DNA of 64,000 nucleotides from Callorhinchus milii (lineage: Eukaryota): contig NW_024704743.1 in NCBI RefSeq assembly GCF_018977255.1, positions 39,310,001 through 39,374,000 on the forward strand, read 5' to 3'. How positions within the stretch are numbered: the first letter of the stretch is position 1; each line of letters opens with the position of its first letter. The translations under genes were made by a program, and so were the position numbers. Below are positions 12,231 to 24,986 of the stretch, in pieces. Below the pieces are notes generated by a model that saw only the letters and a list, made by a program, of their open reading frames with translations, did not search any database and was not told the DNA's origin.

Positions 12231-14155
12231 GCTACTTTCAGGAGGTAGTTTTACTTGGGCATTGAAAGGCACTTGCTGCAGTATAAACTCAACCTCTGCT
12301 CAAAAACAGTCCCTTAAAAGTGCTTGGGTTTCCTGCACCCTGGTGAAACCTGTGAGCCTTCAAACAAATTTGCTCCCAGCAGCATATAAAAAAAACTACC
12401 ATTTGAGGCAGCAGAGAATTGCCTGGGACAGGCAGTTTGTGAGGTTTTAGCTGATTCACAGTGTAATACTGAAACGTCCCCTAGTACAGTATTATTGTGA
12501 TGTTGAAGTTCGGAAGTGGCATTAACATAGATGAGTGGCAGCAATAATTTGATCACTGCATTTACATGGTTTCTGACTGTAGCAATCTTAAGATTCTCCA
12601 AAAGCTGATCTCTCAAGTTAGGAGAACAACCCAACAAAATTGTACGTACGCAAGATCTGTGCTTCAAATTAATCCAGGAATGTTCCCCTAGAGTGATATT
12701 TCCTGCTTCAGTATATTCACTTTACCACTGCCTCCTCCTCCTCTTCTCTTGCATATTCTTTTACACTCGATCTGTTCCAGCGATTTATTCTGCTGAATCC
12801 TTGCCTTTAGATAATTCTCACAAATAATTGAAAATAGACGAAAGTAAATTAATGCTGTTTTGACACAAGTCTGTCATATTTTCACAACAATAATGTATGA
12901 AAATAGCTTGTAGAAGATACGTGACTAATTTGTAACAAAGTAACCATGGCTTATGGAAAAGACATTAAAATTATAGCTCCACAGTGCTTTCAAAATTATG
13001 TGAATCTCAGACTGAAAACACGCAGCAGTTGCAAATCCTTTGCAGACAACAGTAATGTGTGTGTAAAGAAAAGACACTGGAAGCCTCTAATGCTGCTTCA
13101 GTCTTTCAATCTGTTGAAAATTAGGTTTTCTGCCACATCATATTTTTTGTACAGAAATACTATGCCATGGTTTGGCTGCTACTTACCTTTGAGAGCTGCC
13201 CCTCAGGCATATGGCATGGTAAGAATCATGAGTTCCTGTCAACCTCATGAGCCTAGTGCCAGGCAAAGTATTAACTGACGTCAAATTACTGGTTTGTGTT
13301 TGTATCTAAGATTTGCAGGAATGCACCAATTCTGCTAATTAAAACTCTTCCTTATTATTCAGTTGCGCTCTATGATAATTATTTAAACAGAAGCTCCAAT
13401 AAACCTTGAATTGGTTTTGACACAAATGAAATGCAAATTAATTTCTTATGTATTTTCTCCAATAATCACATGGTCATTCTTCCTTTATTAGAGCACAATC
13501 TCAATGTCTGCTTATTGAGGTCATTCATTTTTAAGGAATTTAGCTGAGGCGTAGAGGGGGAGTGAGGGGTGGGTGGGCTTGGGTTGAGGTTTAATGCTTT
13601 GCTGGATGTTTAGGGAAATCCTATCCTCCTTTCAGACAAAACCTATGGGAGGAAAGTGGTGATTTAAAAAAAAAGATTCCATTTGTTATTAAATCTGTGA
13701 AGATGCAGTGCAAATTCCCTGTTGATAAATAAAGGCTGATTGTCAGTTTGAAACACCTCCCTTAACTGCAGCACAGAGGTTGGGCCCGAAGTTGATGTGA
13801 TATTTTCAGCACCACCATTATTGTTGCTGACAGTGGAACATGGCCCTCTTTTAAGATACATCTCAAAAGGTATCTCTTTAACCGTGCTTTCAGTCACCTT
13901 TCTCCACCTCGCCTTCCTCAGCTCTAATCCTCAGCTCCAACGTTGTCAGGCGCTTTGGGATGTGCTCCCGATCTAAATGTAAATGATATTATAAATTGTA
14001 TTGTGTAGCTTTTTATTGCAGCTTCACAGAACACCAGCTTATCTCAACCAGTCAGACATCATCTGAAACATCATCAGCACAGGAAATTGCAACTGGTGAC
14101 AGTGGTAGTTGTCACATCAAATATCACAATATTCACCCACTGTATTTTTATTTTA

Positions 14156-14323
14156 AAACAAAAACAGAGAGAGCTGGGAAAACTCAGCAGGTCAGGCAGC
14201 ATCTATGGAGAAAGGAAAGTGAGTCAACGTTTCAGGTTTCACAAAGGGTCGTGGACCCGAAACGTTTTCCCAGCTCTCTCTGTTTTTGTTTCAGATTTCC
14301 AGCATCTGCAGTATTTTGTGTTT
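14156..14323. mobile_element. Short palindromic Penelope-type non-autonomous element with 15-bp TSD
   Basis: 28-bp perfect inverted repeat (14156-14183 / 14264-14291); TSD TGTATTTTTATTTTA at 14141-14155 and 14324-14338; contains gggtcgtggacccgaaacgtt. Confidence 0.8.
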
Positions 14324-14872
14324 TGTATTTTTATTTTATTTACCTATTTCCTAGAGAAGTAACATAGCACATTATCTGAAAAGTTAAGAACATTCCTACC
14401 CTATTCAACTTGTAATAAGATCTTCTAATTAAAATAAGCATCCAATAAAATTGGTGGTTTAGGTTTTTTTCTTCTAATTTAAAGTGTTTAGCGTCAGCAT
14501 CTCTCATTGACAATGTGAACTTTACATTTGGAGCTTGCTCACAATATTTTTTCTTTTAAAAATGTTTTGGCATTAAGATTTGAAAAACAAAGGCTGAAGA
14601 GAAGTTCTACTGGAGTTGTTACGTTTTTCAAACAAAAATGAAAATAGAGAAGAAACTTGTAAACAAAAGTAACTCCAACTCGACCTATTTTCTGAGCAGG
14701 GTTCCCTTGAGTCAGCATTAGATCTGTTATGTACATATGGTAACTAGAAGGAGTCCCAAACTCATATTTCTTCATTAAACAATCTCATTAAGAAATGCCA
14801 TAAAATTGATCCCATTCATTAATTGTTAGAATATTAGAAGGTAAAAAATAAATTGAAGCTGTTGTATTATTC

Positions 14873-14961
14873 ACATACAAACATACACATACATACAAAC
14901 ACACATACAAACACACACACGTACATACATACAAACATACATACATACATACACACACACA
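14873..14961. repeat. Compound (CATA/CA)n microsatellite
   Basis: Seen directly. Confidence 0.9.
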
Positions 14962-15252
14962 TCCTTAATTTACAAAATCAGAAGCATTGATGCATTATTG
15001 AAATCAGAAAAACATAGTAAAACTAGACAACAACAGTGAGATAAAACCTAAGAGAAGGTGCGGAAAGGAAAAAAAAGAGACTACATCAGAAATAGTTGGT
15101 GAAAAACAATTGGATGTATCCAAGTTCGATAAGAAATCTTTCAGACAGTCGTCTTTGGGTGAACGGAGGGAAGGCTAAGGGCAGTGGTGTGATCTTGAGA
15201 GCAATGAATCAATCTGAGCTGTAGAACGAGTTTGACAAAGAAAGAAATAATC

Positions 15253-16586
15253 AATAACAACAACAACAAAATTACATTTGTAAAGCGCCTTTCATGACAG
15301 GAGGATGTCCCAAGTTGCTGGACAGAAAAAGTTATGGACCCGAGCTGGGGGTCGTGGTGGGGGAGGGTGGAGGGCAGTGGTGGAAGTAGGGAGATCGAAA
15401 GTACGTTCGAAGAGGAGGGTCTTGAGATGGGTCTTGAAGGTGGCGAGGGAGGGGACGAGGCGGAGGGACTGCGAGGTGAAGTTCCAGTGGATGGTGGCAG
15501 AGTGATGGAAGGCCCACCTGCCAATAGAGGGGTGAGCAAAGCAGGGGACGTGAAACAGCCTGGAGCCCGCTGAGTGGGGGGAGTGAGCAGGATGGTAGGG
15601 GGTTAGGAGGTCGCAGAGGTGGGGGAGAGCAAGATCGTGGAGGGCTTTGAAGGTGAGGACCAGGATCTTGAACTGTATCCTCTGTGTGATGGGAAGCCAA
15701 TGGAGTTGGGCAAGGATGGGGGTAATAGGGTCGTGGAGCCTAGTGTGGGAGAGGACATGGGCTGCAGAGTTCTGGATGATCTGCAGCCTGTGGAGGGAGG
15801 AGTTGGGGAGGCCGACAAGCAGTGAGTTTGCCTAGTTGAGCCTTGATGTAATGAAAGCGTGTTTGAGGGTTTCGGTGGCCTGCGGTGTGGCACAGTGGTG
15901 GAGCCGGGTGACGTTGCGGAGATGGGGGAAGGCAGAGCGGATCATGGCACAGATGTGGGGTAGAAAGGATAGTTGAAGATCAAACAAGACCCCAAGGTTC
16001 CGGACTGGCTTATTAAGGTGGAGTGTGTAACCATGGATGGTGATGCTGTCAGCGCCTGAGGTGAGGAGGCGCTGACCGGAGCCAATCAAGAGAGCCTCGG
16101 TCTTGTTGACGTTCAACTGAACAAACTTAGCTCTCATCCAGGACTTGATGTCTGACAGATATTCTGTCAGGACAGCAGTGGTCCTGGAGTCAAGGGTGAA
16201 GGCAGAGAGGTAGAGTTGGGTGTCATCTGCATACATCTGGAAGTTGACCCCATGTCTGCGGTTGATGTCATAAGAGGAAGCATATAGATATTGAAGGGGA
16301 GGGGACCAAGGACAGAGCCCTGAGGAACGCCAAACAAGATGGTCCAGAGACTAGAGGAGAAGCCGTTTGCGGAGATGAAGTGCAGGTGGTTTGAGAGGTA
16401 CGATTTGAACCAGTCAAGGACAGCGCCGTGGAGGTTGAGGTGATAGGAAAGTTAGCGAATGAGGACAGAGTGATCAATGGTGTCGAAAGCGCAGAGAGGT
16501 TGAGGAGGCAGAGGGAGCCCTGGTCACAGAAAGACAGATTGTCATTTGTCCCTTTAACCAGGGCTGTTTCTGTGCTGTGGGTGGCA
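15253..16586 (-). mobile_element. L2 LINE, 5'-truncated, about 1.3 kb
   Basis: [24 protein letters not shown] and HAFITSRL on the minus strand; (AAC)n tail. Confidence 0.97.
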
Positions 16587-17114
16587 AAATTAATAAAAAA
16601 TAATCCTAATTGTGCTACGAATACACAACGCAGTGGTATAAAATAACGTTTTTGACCATGTACATGTATTAACCCCTTCATAACCCCTTGAAACAATAAT
16701 GCCCAGTGATACTGTCATTACTTATACATGGTGTATTATAGATGGAACATATGTTTGTGATAGATACAGTTACCCAGGGACCTATTATGTTGATGAACTG
16801 TTCAATAAAACCTGTGAATGGACACTGGAGAAAGAATGAGGTAGTGATGTACTGCTCAGCCATCTTTATTTGAATTCCTGTGGCATTATTTGAGAGGGTT
16901 TCTTCACAGGAAACTCACCATTGTTGCCGATGATAGATTAATTATTTAAATAACATGACACTTCCAACAGCTCGGTGCGCTACAAGTACAAACGCATGCA
17001 AGTTCAATTTAAGAGAGAAAGATGTATGTGTTTTCAAGGTCATATTAACTGTGAACTGTGTGCACTCTATGGAAACATGAAGCTAATAAGATAAATATTG
17101 CGCTTGTTATTACA

Positions 17115-17360
17115 CAGAACTACATAGAACATTACAGCATTCAGCTCAACTAATCCATGCCATTGTTTATATGTAATACAAGTCTCCACCTCTTCTAATC
17201 CCTCTCCTACACTGCTCTATTCACTTCTTCCTCATGTATGCATCAAATTTACTCTTAAATGTATATGATGCAATTCTGCCCATTCCTTGTGTAATCTCTC
17301 TTTTAGATCTGCCACAAGGTACCTAATATTGTTGCCACCTTGTTTTGGACTCACCAACAT
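17115..17360 (-). mobile_element. Degenerate CR1 3' end
   Basis: catagaacattacagc...cattcagctcaactaatccatgc, the inverse of the CR1 3' pattern. Confidence 0.6.
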
Positions 17361-17909
17361 GTAGCTATGTCCACTCACTGCTTATTTGAGACATAATTTT
17401 AAAATAATAATTAATGCATGAAAGTGTCTCTTGGTATTTGCTACCCTGCGTAAGGGGTGTTATATAAATGCAAGTTGAATGAATTAAACATGGTATGATC
17501 ACTGCCATGAAAATAACTAAAATGATTGGATATCTTCCTTCAATCTCTATTTGACTCATTAAAAGGTATTGCTTGGTTGTCTTGGGACTGCCAAGATCCT
17601 CATTCTTTATGACATATGCTGACTTATCTATAAACACTTGAATTATACATGCAAGAAGAAAGTATGCCCAGACTGAATGTTTTTCCCACTGATTAGAAAC
17701 ACTAACAATATAGGTAAGCACTGAAGAAGGCAATACTCTGTTTTGAGGCACATACTGTCATTATTACAAAACTCTATATCATTATTGCCCTATTGCCCTA
17801 TTGCCATATAATATTTGAAGCTACTTATCCCAGTAAATAAAAATTAAACTAAACTTAATAAATCAATTTATTCAAATATCTCCTGAACTCTTGTTTGATC
17901 AAATGACTC

Positions 17910-18337
17910 TTAATAATCTTTGCATTTGATATAGCACTTTATCACATTGCCGAGACGTCTCAAAGTGCATCACAGCAGTTACTGTGAAGTGTAGGGACTG
18001 TATTTTTCGGTACAACAACCAATTTGAGCACAGCAATGTCCTACAAACAGCCAGGAAGTGAGTGACCAATTTAATCTGGAGAATTGTTGGCCAGGACACT
18101 AGGAGAAAGTCCCCTCTCTTTTCAGATAGTGCCATGGGATCCTTAACAAACAGGCAGAAACGACCTTGGTTTAACGTCTCATCTGAAGGACACATCTCCA
18201 ACAATGCAGCACTAAATCTAGCATAGCAGTGGAGAATCAGGCTAGACTATGTGAGTTCAAAATCCCAGCATGGAGCTTGAACCTAAAACCCTATGACTCA
18301 GAGGCGAGAGGGCTACCAACTCAGTCAGGGTGACACT
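17910..18337 (-). mobile_element. Deu-domain SINE, full length
   Basis: Tail ataatctttgcatttgatatagcac; core ttggtttaacgtctcatctgaagga; head gactcagaggcgagagggctaccaactcagtcagggtgacac. Confidence 0.9.
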
Positions 18338-18609
18338 TTGTGGAATGTACAAATTTGTGGAAGAAATACAAACTGAAATGTTCCCTACTGTCTGACAACA
18401 CCTCAGTTGAATTGGAACAGTAAATTAGTTTACAGTTCACATATTGTGATGTTGAAATTGGAACATGCTGAATCCAATAATACATAATGTATGAAACCTC
18501 ATCATCTTAAATTAGGCTAGAACAAAATTACACTTTTGAGAAATTGGGAGTTAATTTCTCACTGTAACCGAACTGGAATTGGACGATTGGTTTCTATTAG
18601 AGTGAATTT

Positions 18610-18790
18610 AAAATAGAGCCAGAAAATGCAGGATATGCAGAGCTGGTCAACTTAAAAGGGAAAAATAGGTTCTGATGAAAGTCATATCTGAAACGTAGGC
18701 CTGTCTTTCTCTGTCAGGTGCTGATTGACATAATGTGCGTTTTCTAGTTTTATATCTGATTTCAAGTTTATGCAAATTCCCTTTTGGTTT
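18610..18790 (+). mobile_element. Degenerate Penelope-type element with hammerhead-like core
   Basis: aggttCTGATGAaagtcatatctGAAACGTAggcct at 18667-18702, with flanks similar to the 14156 and 41502 elements. Confidence 0.6.
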
Positions 18791-19234
18791 GAACTAACTT
18801 CGAACTTGCTTTATTTCCAAACATATACAATATTTTTCTTCCCCTGCAGAAAACAGATAAAATTGGTACATTTGTCTTAACATTATCCTTTTTAATTATT
18901 ACTGCATAGTCTTTTCAGAGGGTGATGTTTGATTCATTCAGGGTTTAGTGCTGAGGCCATTCCTACTTTGCATTGACTCTAAATGATTTTCTATTAGTCT
19001 ATAACAAGACTAAGGTCTTAATTTAAGTAGGTGATACTGCCTCAGTATGATCCTATCTCAGCTCTTGATTCACCCAATACTCTTAACAGAATTGCAGATG
19101 GTTGTAAATTGGATTAAATTGAACCACTTGAAAAAACGCATTTAGGTTTAGTAAATTGAAAAGAGCAATACACATAGTATTAAACTCATCCATGTCAATC
19201 AAAGGTTTAAATAAAATAATCATAGGTTAACTTT

Positions 19235-19555
19235 GAAGAAGAACTTGCATTTTTAGAGCATCTGATCACTTCAACTCATCTCAAAGAGCCATGAGGTGAA
19301 TGAACATTTAATCTCAAGGATTGTTGGCCAGTATACCAGTGGAAACTTCATTCTCTGTTCGAAAAGTATTGTGGTGTATTTACTATCTGATTAACAAGAA
19401 GATGGAAACTTAATTTAAGATCTGATCTGAAGAACATCACCTCCAACAATGCAGTGCTCCCCTAGTTCTGCACTGGAGTTCAGCCTAAACTATGAGCTCA
19501 AAATCCTCATATGGAGCTTTGGACCCCGAAGCAACAGTACTACCAACTGAACCAA
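19235..19555 (-). mobile_element. Older Deu-domain SINE
   Basis: acttgcatttt...catcacctccaacaatgcagtgctccc...ctaccaactgaacca. Confidence 0.75.
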
Positions 19556-20048
19556 GTTGTCAAAATTTATGTGGAATACAGCATTATGAAAGGCAAAGAA
19601 CTCTTGAATCAATCTGTAGGGAAGAACAATGCTTTCCTGAGGAGTGAATATATTTCCAATAGCTCTGCACCAATGAAGAAGTGCCAGGAAATAAGGTGGT
19701 GATATTCCATTTGGTGTCAAAATCAACAGCTATAGTGCATTAAATCTGCAGAAATTTATAATTTGGCAGTAAAATTTGTCTCAATTTCACAATTCCTGCC
19801 TTGGGATCTGAAGCAGTCATTAAACTGTGAAATTTGAGATTGAAATTGTAAAGAAAGTGCACTACTTGTTTTTCAGTTAAAATTCCACAGGTGCTAAGTT
19901 GGTGCATTCATTTCATGTCAACCTAGGGCAGACATTTATAAAAGGAGCGGAGTTCTGTATTGAGCAGAGCAGTGATGTAAGATGTCTTAATGTTTGTCCA
20001 TGACTCTGTCAGCCAGACCTTGTTGTTTGATGTTTTGAAGACGAGTTA

Positions 20049-21163
20049 CATGCTCTACATGCTCCCCCTTGGTGACATCATCCGCAGACATGGAGTTAAC
20101 TTCCACATGTATGCGGATGACACCCAACTCTACCTTTCCTCCTCTACTCTCAACTCCACGACCACCGATGTCCTGACAGCCTGCCTGTCCGACATCGAGT
20201 CCTGGACGAGAGACAACTTTCTTCAGCTCAACGTGTGAAAAACCGAGGCCCTCCTGATTGGCTCACGTCAGCGCCTCCGCACCTCAGGCGCCGACACCAT
20301 CAGCATCCAAGGCTGCACTCTCCACCTCTCAAAGCCAGTCAGGAACCTCGGCGTTTTGTTCGACCCTGAGCTGTCCTTTCTCCCTCACATCCGCACCACA
20401 ACTGGCACCGCCTTCCATCACCTCCGGAACATCGCCAGACTACGGCATTACCTCACCCCTCACGCTGCTGAAACCCTGGTCCACGCCTTTGTCACCTCAA
20501 GGCTGGACTATGGGAACTCTCTCCTCGCCGGCCTTCCCGCCACCTCCCTCCACAAGCTGCAGGTCATTCAGAACTCTGCAGCTCGTGTACTGTCCCGCAC
20601 CAGGCTTCGGGACCACATCACTCCCACCCTCGCTCGCCTCCACTGGCTCCCCATCCCCCAGAGGATTGATTTCAAGATCCTCATCCTCACCTACAAGGCC
20701 ATTCACGGCCTTGCTCCCTCCTACCTCTCCAACCTACTATCCCCCTACCTACCTGCCCGTACCCTCCATTCCTCCGGCTCCGGTCTGCTCCACGTCCCCC
20801 GCCCCAATCGCCCTACCATCGGTGGTCGGGCTTTCAGCCTCTCAGCCCCCAGGCTCTGGAACTCTATCCCCCAGTGCCTTCGCCTTGCTTCCTCCCTCTT
20901 CTCCTTCAAAGCCGGTCTCAAAACCTTTCTCTTTGACCGAGCCTTCAGCTCCCCTCTCGACTCTCTTCCCCCTCCTCGCTCCCTCCCTTCCCTCCCCTCA
21001 CCCTGACCGTTTCCCCCCTCCTCGCTCCCTCCCTTCCCTTCCCTCACCCTGACCATTTCCCCCCTGCTCGGGTCATGACCCAACTGTGCAGCGCCTTGGG
21101 ATGTCCTCCTGACGTGAAAGGCGCTTTATAAATGGAATCTTGTTGTTGTTGTTGTTGTTGTTG
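20049..21163 (+). mobile_element. Young L2 LINE, 5'-truncated (C-terminal ORF2, 3' UTR and (GTT)n tail)
   Basis: YADDTQLY; one in-frame TGA at 20236-20238; then an uninterrupted ORF (LDYGNSLL, LHWLPIPQRIDFK, RAFS...PRLWN, FKAGLKT). Confidence 0.98.
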
Positions 21164-22329
21164 AGTTGTAGAGCTTTGTCAAACAGCCATTTCCTCTTTA
21201 TAATTCCCCTACTATACAGCTATAGTGCTGGCTGTGAACTATACATTGAGTTACAAGGCTGTAGAGCTTCATGAGGAACCCATCAATACTCATTGTTAGT
21301 GCTTTACCCACTGGCAGTACTGCATGATAAAGAAAATCACCAGACTTTACCAAACCCTATTAAATTATAGCAGAATTGTGCAATTAAGGGGTTAAATATC
21401 TATAAATATAGAAGAGCCTGCATGTCTCTTTTGGATACAGAGATTTGATACTGATAATTCCTTAAAATTCCAAAATACCCAGAAGAAGGCAGAACTGTGT
21501 TTAACAGACTTCAAATTTTGCTTCAAACATAGCTTCCAGTGTTGAGTTCTACATTCTCACCGCCCTTATGTTGAGTTTATTACTACCTCACTACGTTCCT
21601 GCATTGTTCTATAGGGATATGGCTTTGCCCGCTAATTAACTGAAGGCCTGAAATTTCTCCTGGTCGTAGGCTCAAGACCGCTGTCTAAAAATTTAAGATT
21701 ATGCAGAAATTGTAAACATTTTTGAATTTAGTATAAATTAGGAAGTCAGTTCACCACAGTTCTTCTTTCATCTGGGTATTTTGTAATTGTAAATACATTG
21801 ACAGTTTGTCATCAAAAGAGTTACTTGTCAGTTTTATATCAGTTAATATTTCTGCTGAATTAGGTCTGAGGATATGAGGAAATGTATTTCTAAATGTACT
21901 TAGCCTCCCTTGTATAATTATACTTTGGTCTCATTAATCATTGACTATATTGCTGGTAACCTTATTGATTTTTATTATAATTATCTAATTGATGAACTAC
22001 GAGAAGGAAATTGCTGTATCATATTAAAAAAACACTTTAAAGAACAGGTTTGCTGCCACAGTGATCATTTTTAATGAGTAAAAGTGCAACTGTAATGATA
22101 CTGTACCGATGGATGCAGCTTACACCTCAGATGTCATTATGTATATCACATAATAAAATATCAAGGTATGGTGAAATGACTCTGGTGTAAAATTGGGCAT
22201 TGTGATTAAAAGACTGACAGGATTTAATAAACCAGACATGTTGGTTTGAATTATTTCCTCTTGTTCCTGTTTTCCTAAATTCCTAATTGGATATACAGGG
22301 GATTATTACCCACCCCCCCACCACCCCAT

Positions 22330-22545
22330 TGATTAAAATAGGGAGCAGTAGACTCTGACATCGAGCCAAGGGAAGAGGGAGTGGGGAGGTGACCTCAAGC
22401 ACGATCAAAAAGAAGGTCTTTAGGCAGGTTTTGAAAGTGGGGACGGAGCGGGCAAGGCGGAGAGATTGAGGGAGAGAGTTCCAGAGCTTTGGGACATAGT
22501 GGCTGAAGGCATGGTCACCGATGGTGGAACTGAGGGTCTGAGGGA
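22330..22545 (-). mobile_element. L2 3' fragment
   Basis: ggttttgaaagtgggg...gagggagagagttccagagc...ggctgaaggc. Confidence 0.85.
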
Positions 22546-24624
22546 CAATTAGGAGGAACTAATTTGCACCAGAAAATTCCCATAAACAACGGTGAAGTGA
22601 ATAAGAAAAAAATATCTTTTTTGACATATTTGGAGAAGGGAGGAATATTAGCCCAAAGACCAAAATAACTAACTGATGTTCTAAATGATATCACTGGACC
22701 ATTAGAACAGTCAGATGCTACCTGAGTCCAAATCTCACCCAAAGGAGATAACTTCTTTGACAATAAAAAGGCTGCCCAAGTTGTGTACTTGAGTGTCAGC
22801 CCCTTAGGTGTCACAGCTTAGTGGAGCTCTCACACTCCATTGCCACAAGAATGAACTTTAACTGGATGATTTCAAGCAAAAGTAAGATTCATGAAATTAC
22901 TGTTGATGACAAATGGAGATAGATGGCAGTTGTAGTGAGAGATTGATAGCAGAGATCTGAATAAGATATGTGGCTGGGAGAAGGAAGAACTAATCACATT
23001 CGGTAAGGGCATTGTGACAAATGGGACTGGAGAAATTTGTCAGTGTCACAAGGGTGAAGCTGTCTGAATCACGTGGTTTTAGGATATATATGAACACATG
23101 CACAGTACGTCATGTTATGGTTATTTTATGTGATTCTGTTATATGGGAATTGTGTTAAGAGGCAAGAAATGGAACTATTACCAAGAGTCCTCTGGACCGC
23201 TAGAACTCCCTGCCTCAATCCCTCCACCTGGCCCCTACTTTGCCCCAGTTTACAGTCACTTACTGGCTCAGTTACAAATTATGACATTGTTCAAGTCTCC
23301 AAGACACTACTTGGCATGAGGGGTGCTATATCTATGCAAGTTATTGTTGTACTGGTAGAAAACATTAAATATCCAATAATGTGCTAAACTGTTGTTGGGT
23401 GAAGGAGTTACAGAGAAGACTACAAGTATACTTACTATTTGACCATTAACCGTATTTACTAACTTGTCTGATGTCACAGCAGATTGGAAGGGAAGCTACA
23501 ACTCGATAATAGAAGAACAAGCAATACAAAGCTGCCGATACACATTGCATAATTTTCTCATTGTCCCTATAGAAAATTAAATTATCTCTAAAATGATCGC
23601 ATGATTTTGTTGAGTAACATGGCAGTAAAGCATGTGACAGCACCAGTTACAAATCTCATACGTCACACTTGCCACCCTATACTTTAATAATACTGTAAAA
23701 CTACCCCATTCATTCAGGAGCCTTGTATCTTCAATAATTTATAAATAAATCAATATTGTGTCAAAGCCAAATAAACATCTCCAGACATTTTTAATTAAAT
23801 TTAATTCTCAGTTAAAATATTTCAATCCTGTTAGTTGTCTTGGAACGCTTTTAAGTGTTTGATTCTGAAACCCATAGAACCACAGCTATAATACTGGATC
23901 TGCATAATTGCTCTCCAGAAGAGGATTGATTTCCTTGGCTCAGAACACACACCCACACACATATTTAGAAAAAGCTGACACAGTAATATTTTTAACTTCA
24001 AAGAATTAATAACAGATCTTCTGATGTTTGATCTTGCTCAGAAATAAGTTGTTGGAAGACATATCTGGATTCCAATTTGCGGTATTTCTTAATAAGGAAT
24101 CCCATTAGAATTTCTGACAATCCATGGGAATTCTACATTGACAGGCAGATTGTATCCTAACTGGGATTCCACAGAACAGTGTAATGTATAAGCTCGAGTT
24201 GGAGGTCAAATGGGGCTTTGTCAAATGAGAAAGGTGAAGAGACCAAAGACAGGTCATTTTCAATCAAATTGAAATCCTAGAATCGGCGAGAAAATTACGC
24301 ATGTAAGTCAAGTAGTGACAAAATATACTTTTTAAGGCTTTGATTGCAAACAGTAATCTGCTGCAAAGTTGTAAAGTGGGTGAACAGCCTGTTTCCTATC
24401 TGACGTGATAAAAGAAATTATTTTTTTCAGCGTCTGGTAATTTTGTGATGACATTTTTCAGCAAGTTTCATTGGAAAGTACTGATACCTATAGGAGAGGA
24501 GGGAAGGGGAAAATGCATTGATTTTTAATATTGGGCTCTGATTTGTGATATTCAAAACCAGATTTGTTATATTAATGACAGTTTCTGATAGTTTCAGCTT
24601 TTGAAATTCACAGCTGGTATTTTG

Positions 24625-24787
24625 CTCATCGTGGATTGAAGTGACTAATTTATTATGTTTGTTTTTGAGGGATTATTTTGAGGCACATGGAGTAAGGAAA
24701 CTTGCTCAAGGTTTTGCTCTGCCGGAAATCGAATCCAGATCTCGCTTGCCAGGCGAGTGCTCTAACCACTGAGCTACAGGACTCCAC
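24625..24787 (-). mobile_element. 5' half of tRNA-Ala SINE
   Basis: gcgagtgctctaaccactgagctacaggactccac is identical to the head of the 9741-10078 copy. Confidence 0.9.
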
Positions 24788-24986
24788 ATGAGCTAGAACG
24801 AGCTAACGTAAGACTCATGATTTGCTGGAATTTCACAAACCAGATACTACAATTATCACAACAAATCTGGTTTGTGAAGTTTGTAAATTATTGTTTAGTA
24901 ATATTGGTTTTGCTTAAAATAAATGACAGGTGACTTGTCCTTTAAACGAATACATCTTGTTCGGTTTTCATCAGTCTACTTCCTTC

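Noticed and set aside
12456..12506. Hairpin with miR-200/144/101-like words
   Set aside because: Short imperfect stem, no full mature-miRNA match, and similar text recurs near 18375-18460, suggesting an old repeat.
16837..16860. let-7-like TGAGGTAGT
   Set aside because: Only the seed region matches and no hairpin partner is visible.
18341..18362. miR-1/206-like TGGAATGTA
   Set aside because: The sequence diverges after the seed and abuts a SINE end.
20356..21006. 216-aa ORF as a host gene
   Set aside because: It is the C-terminus of L2 ORF2; the overlapping Pro/Ser-rich and antisense ORFs are by-products of the same GC-rich element.
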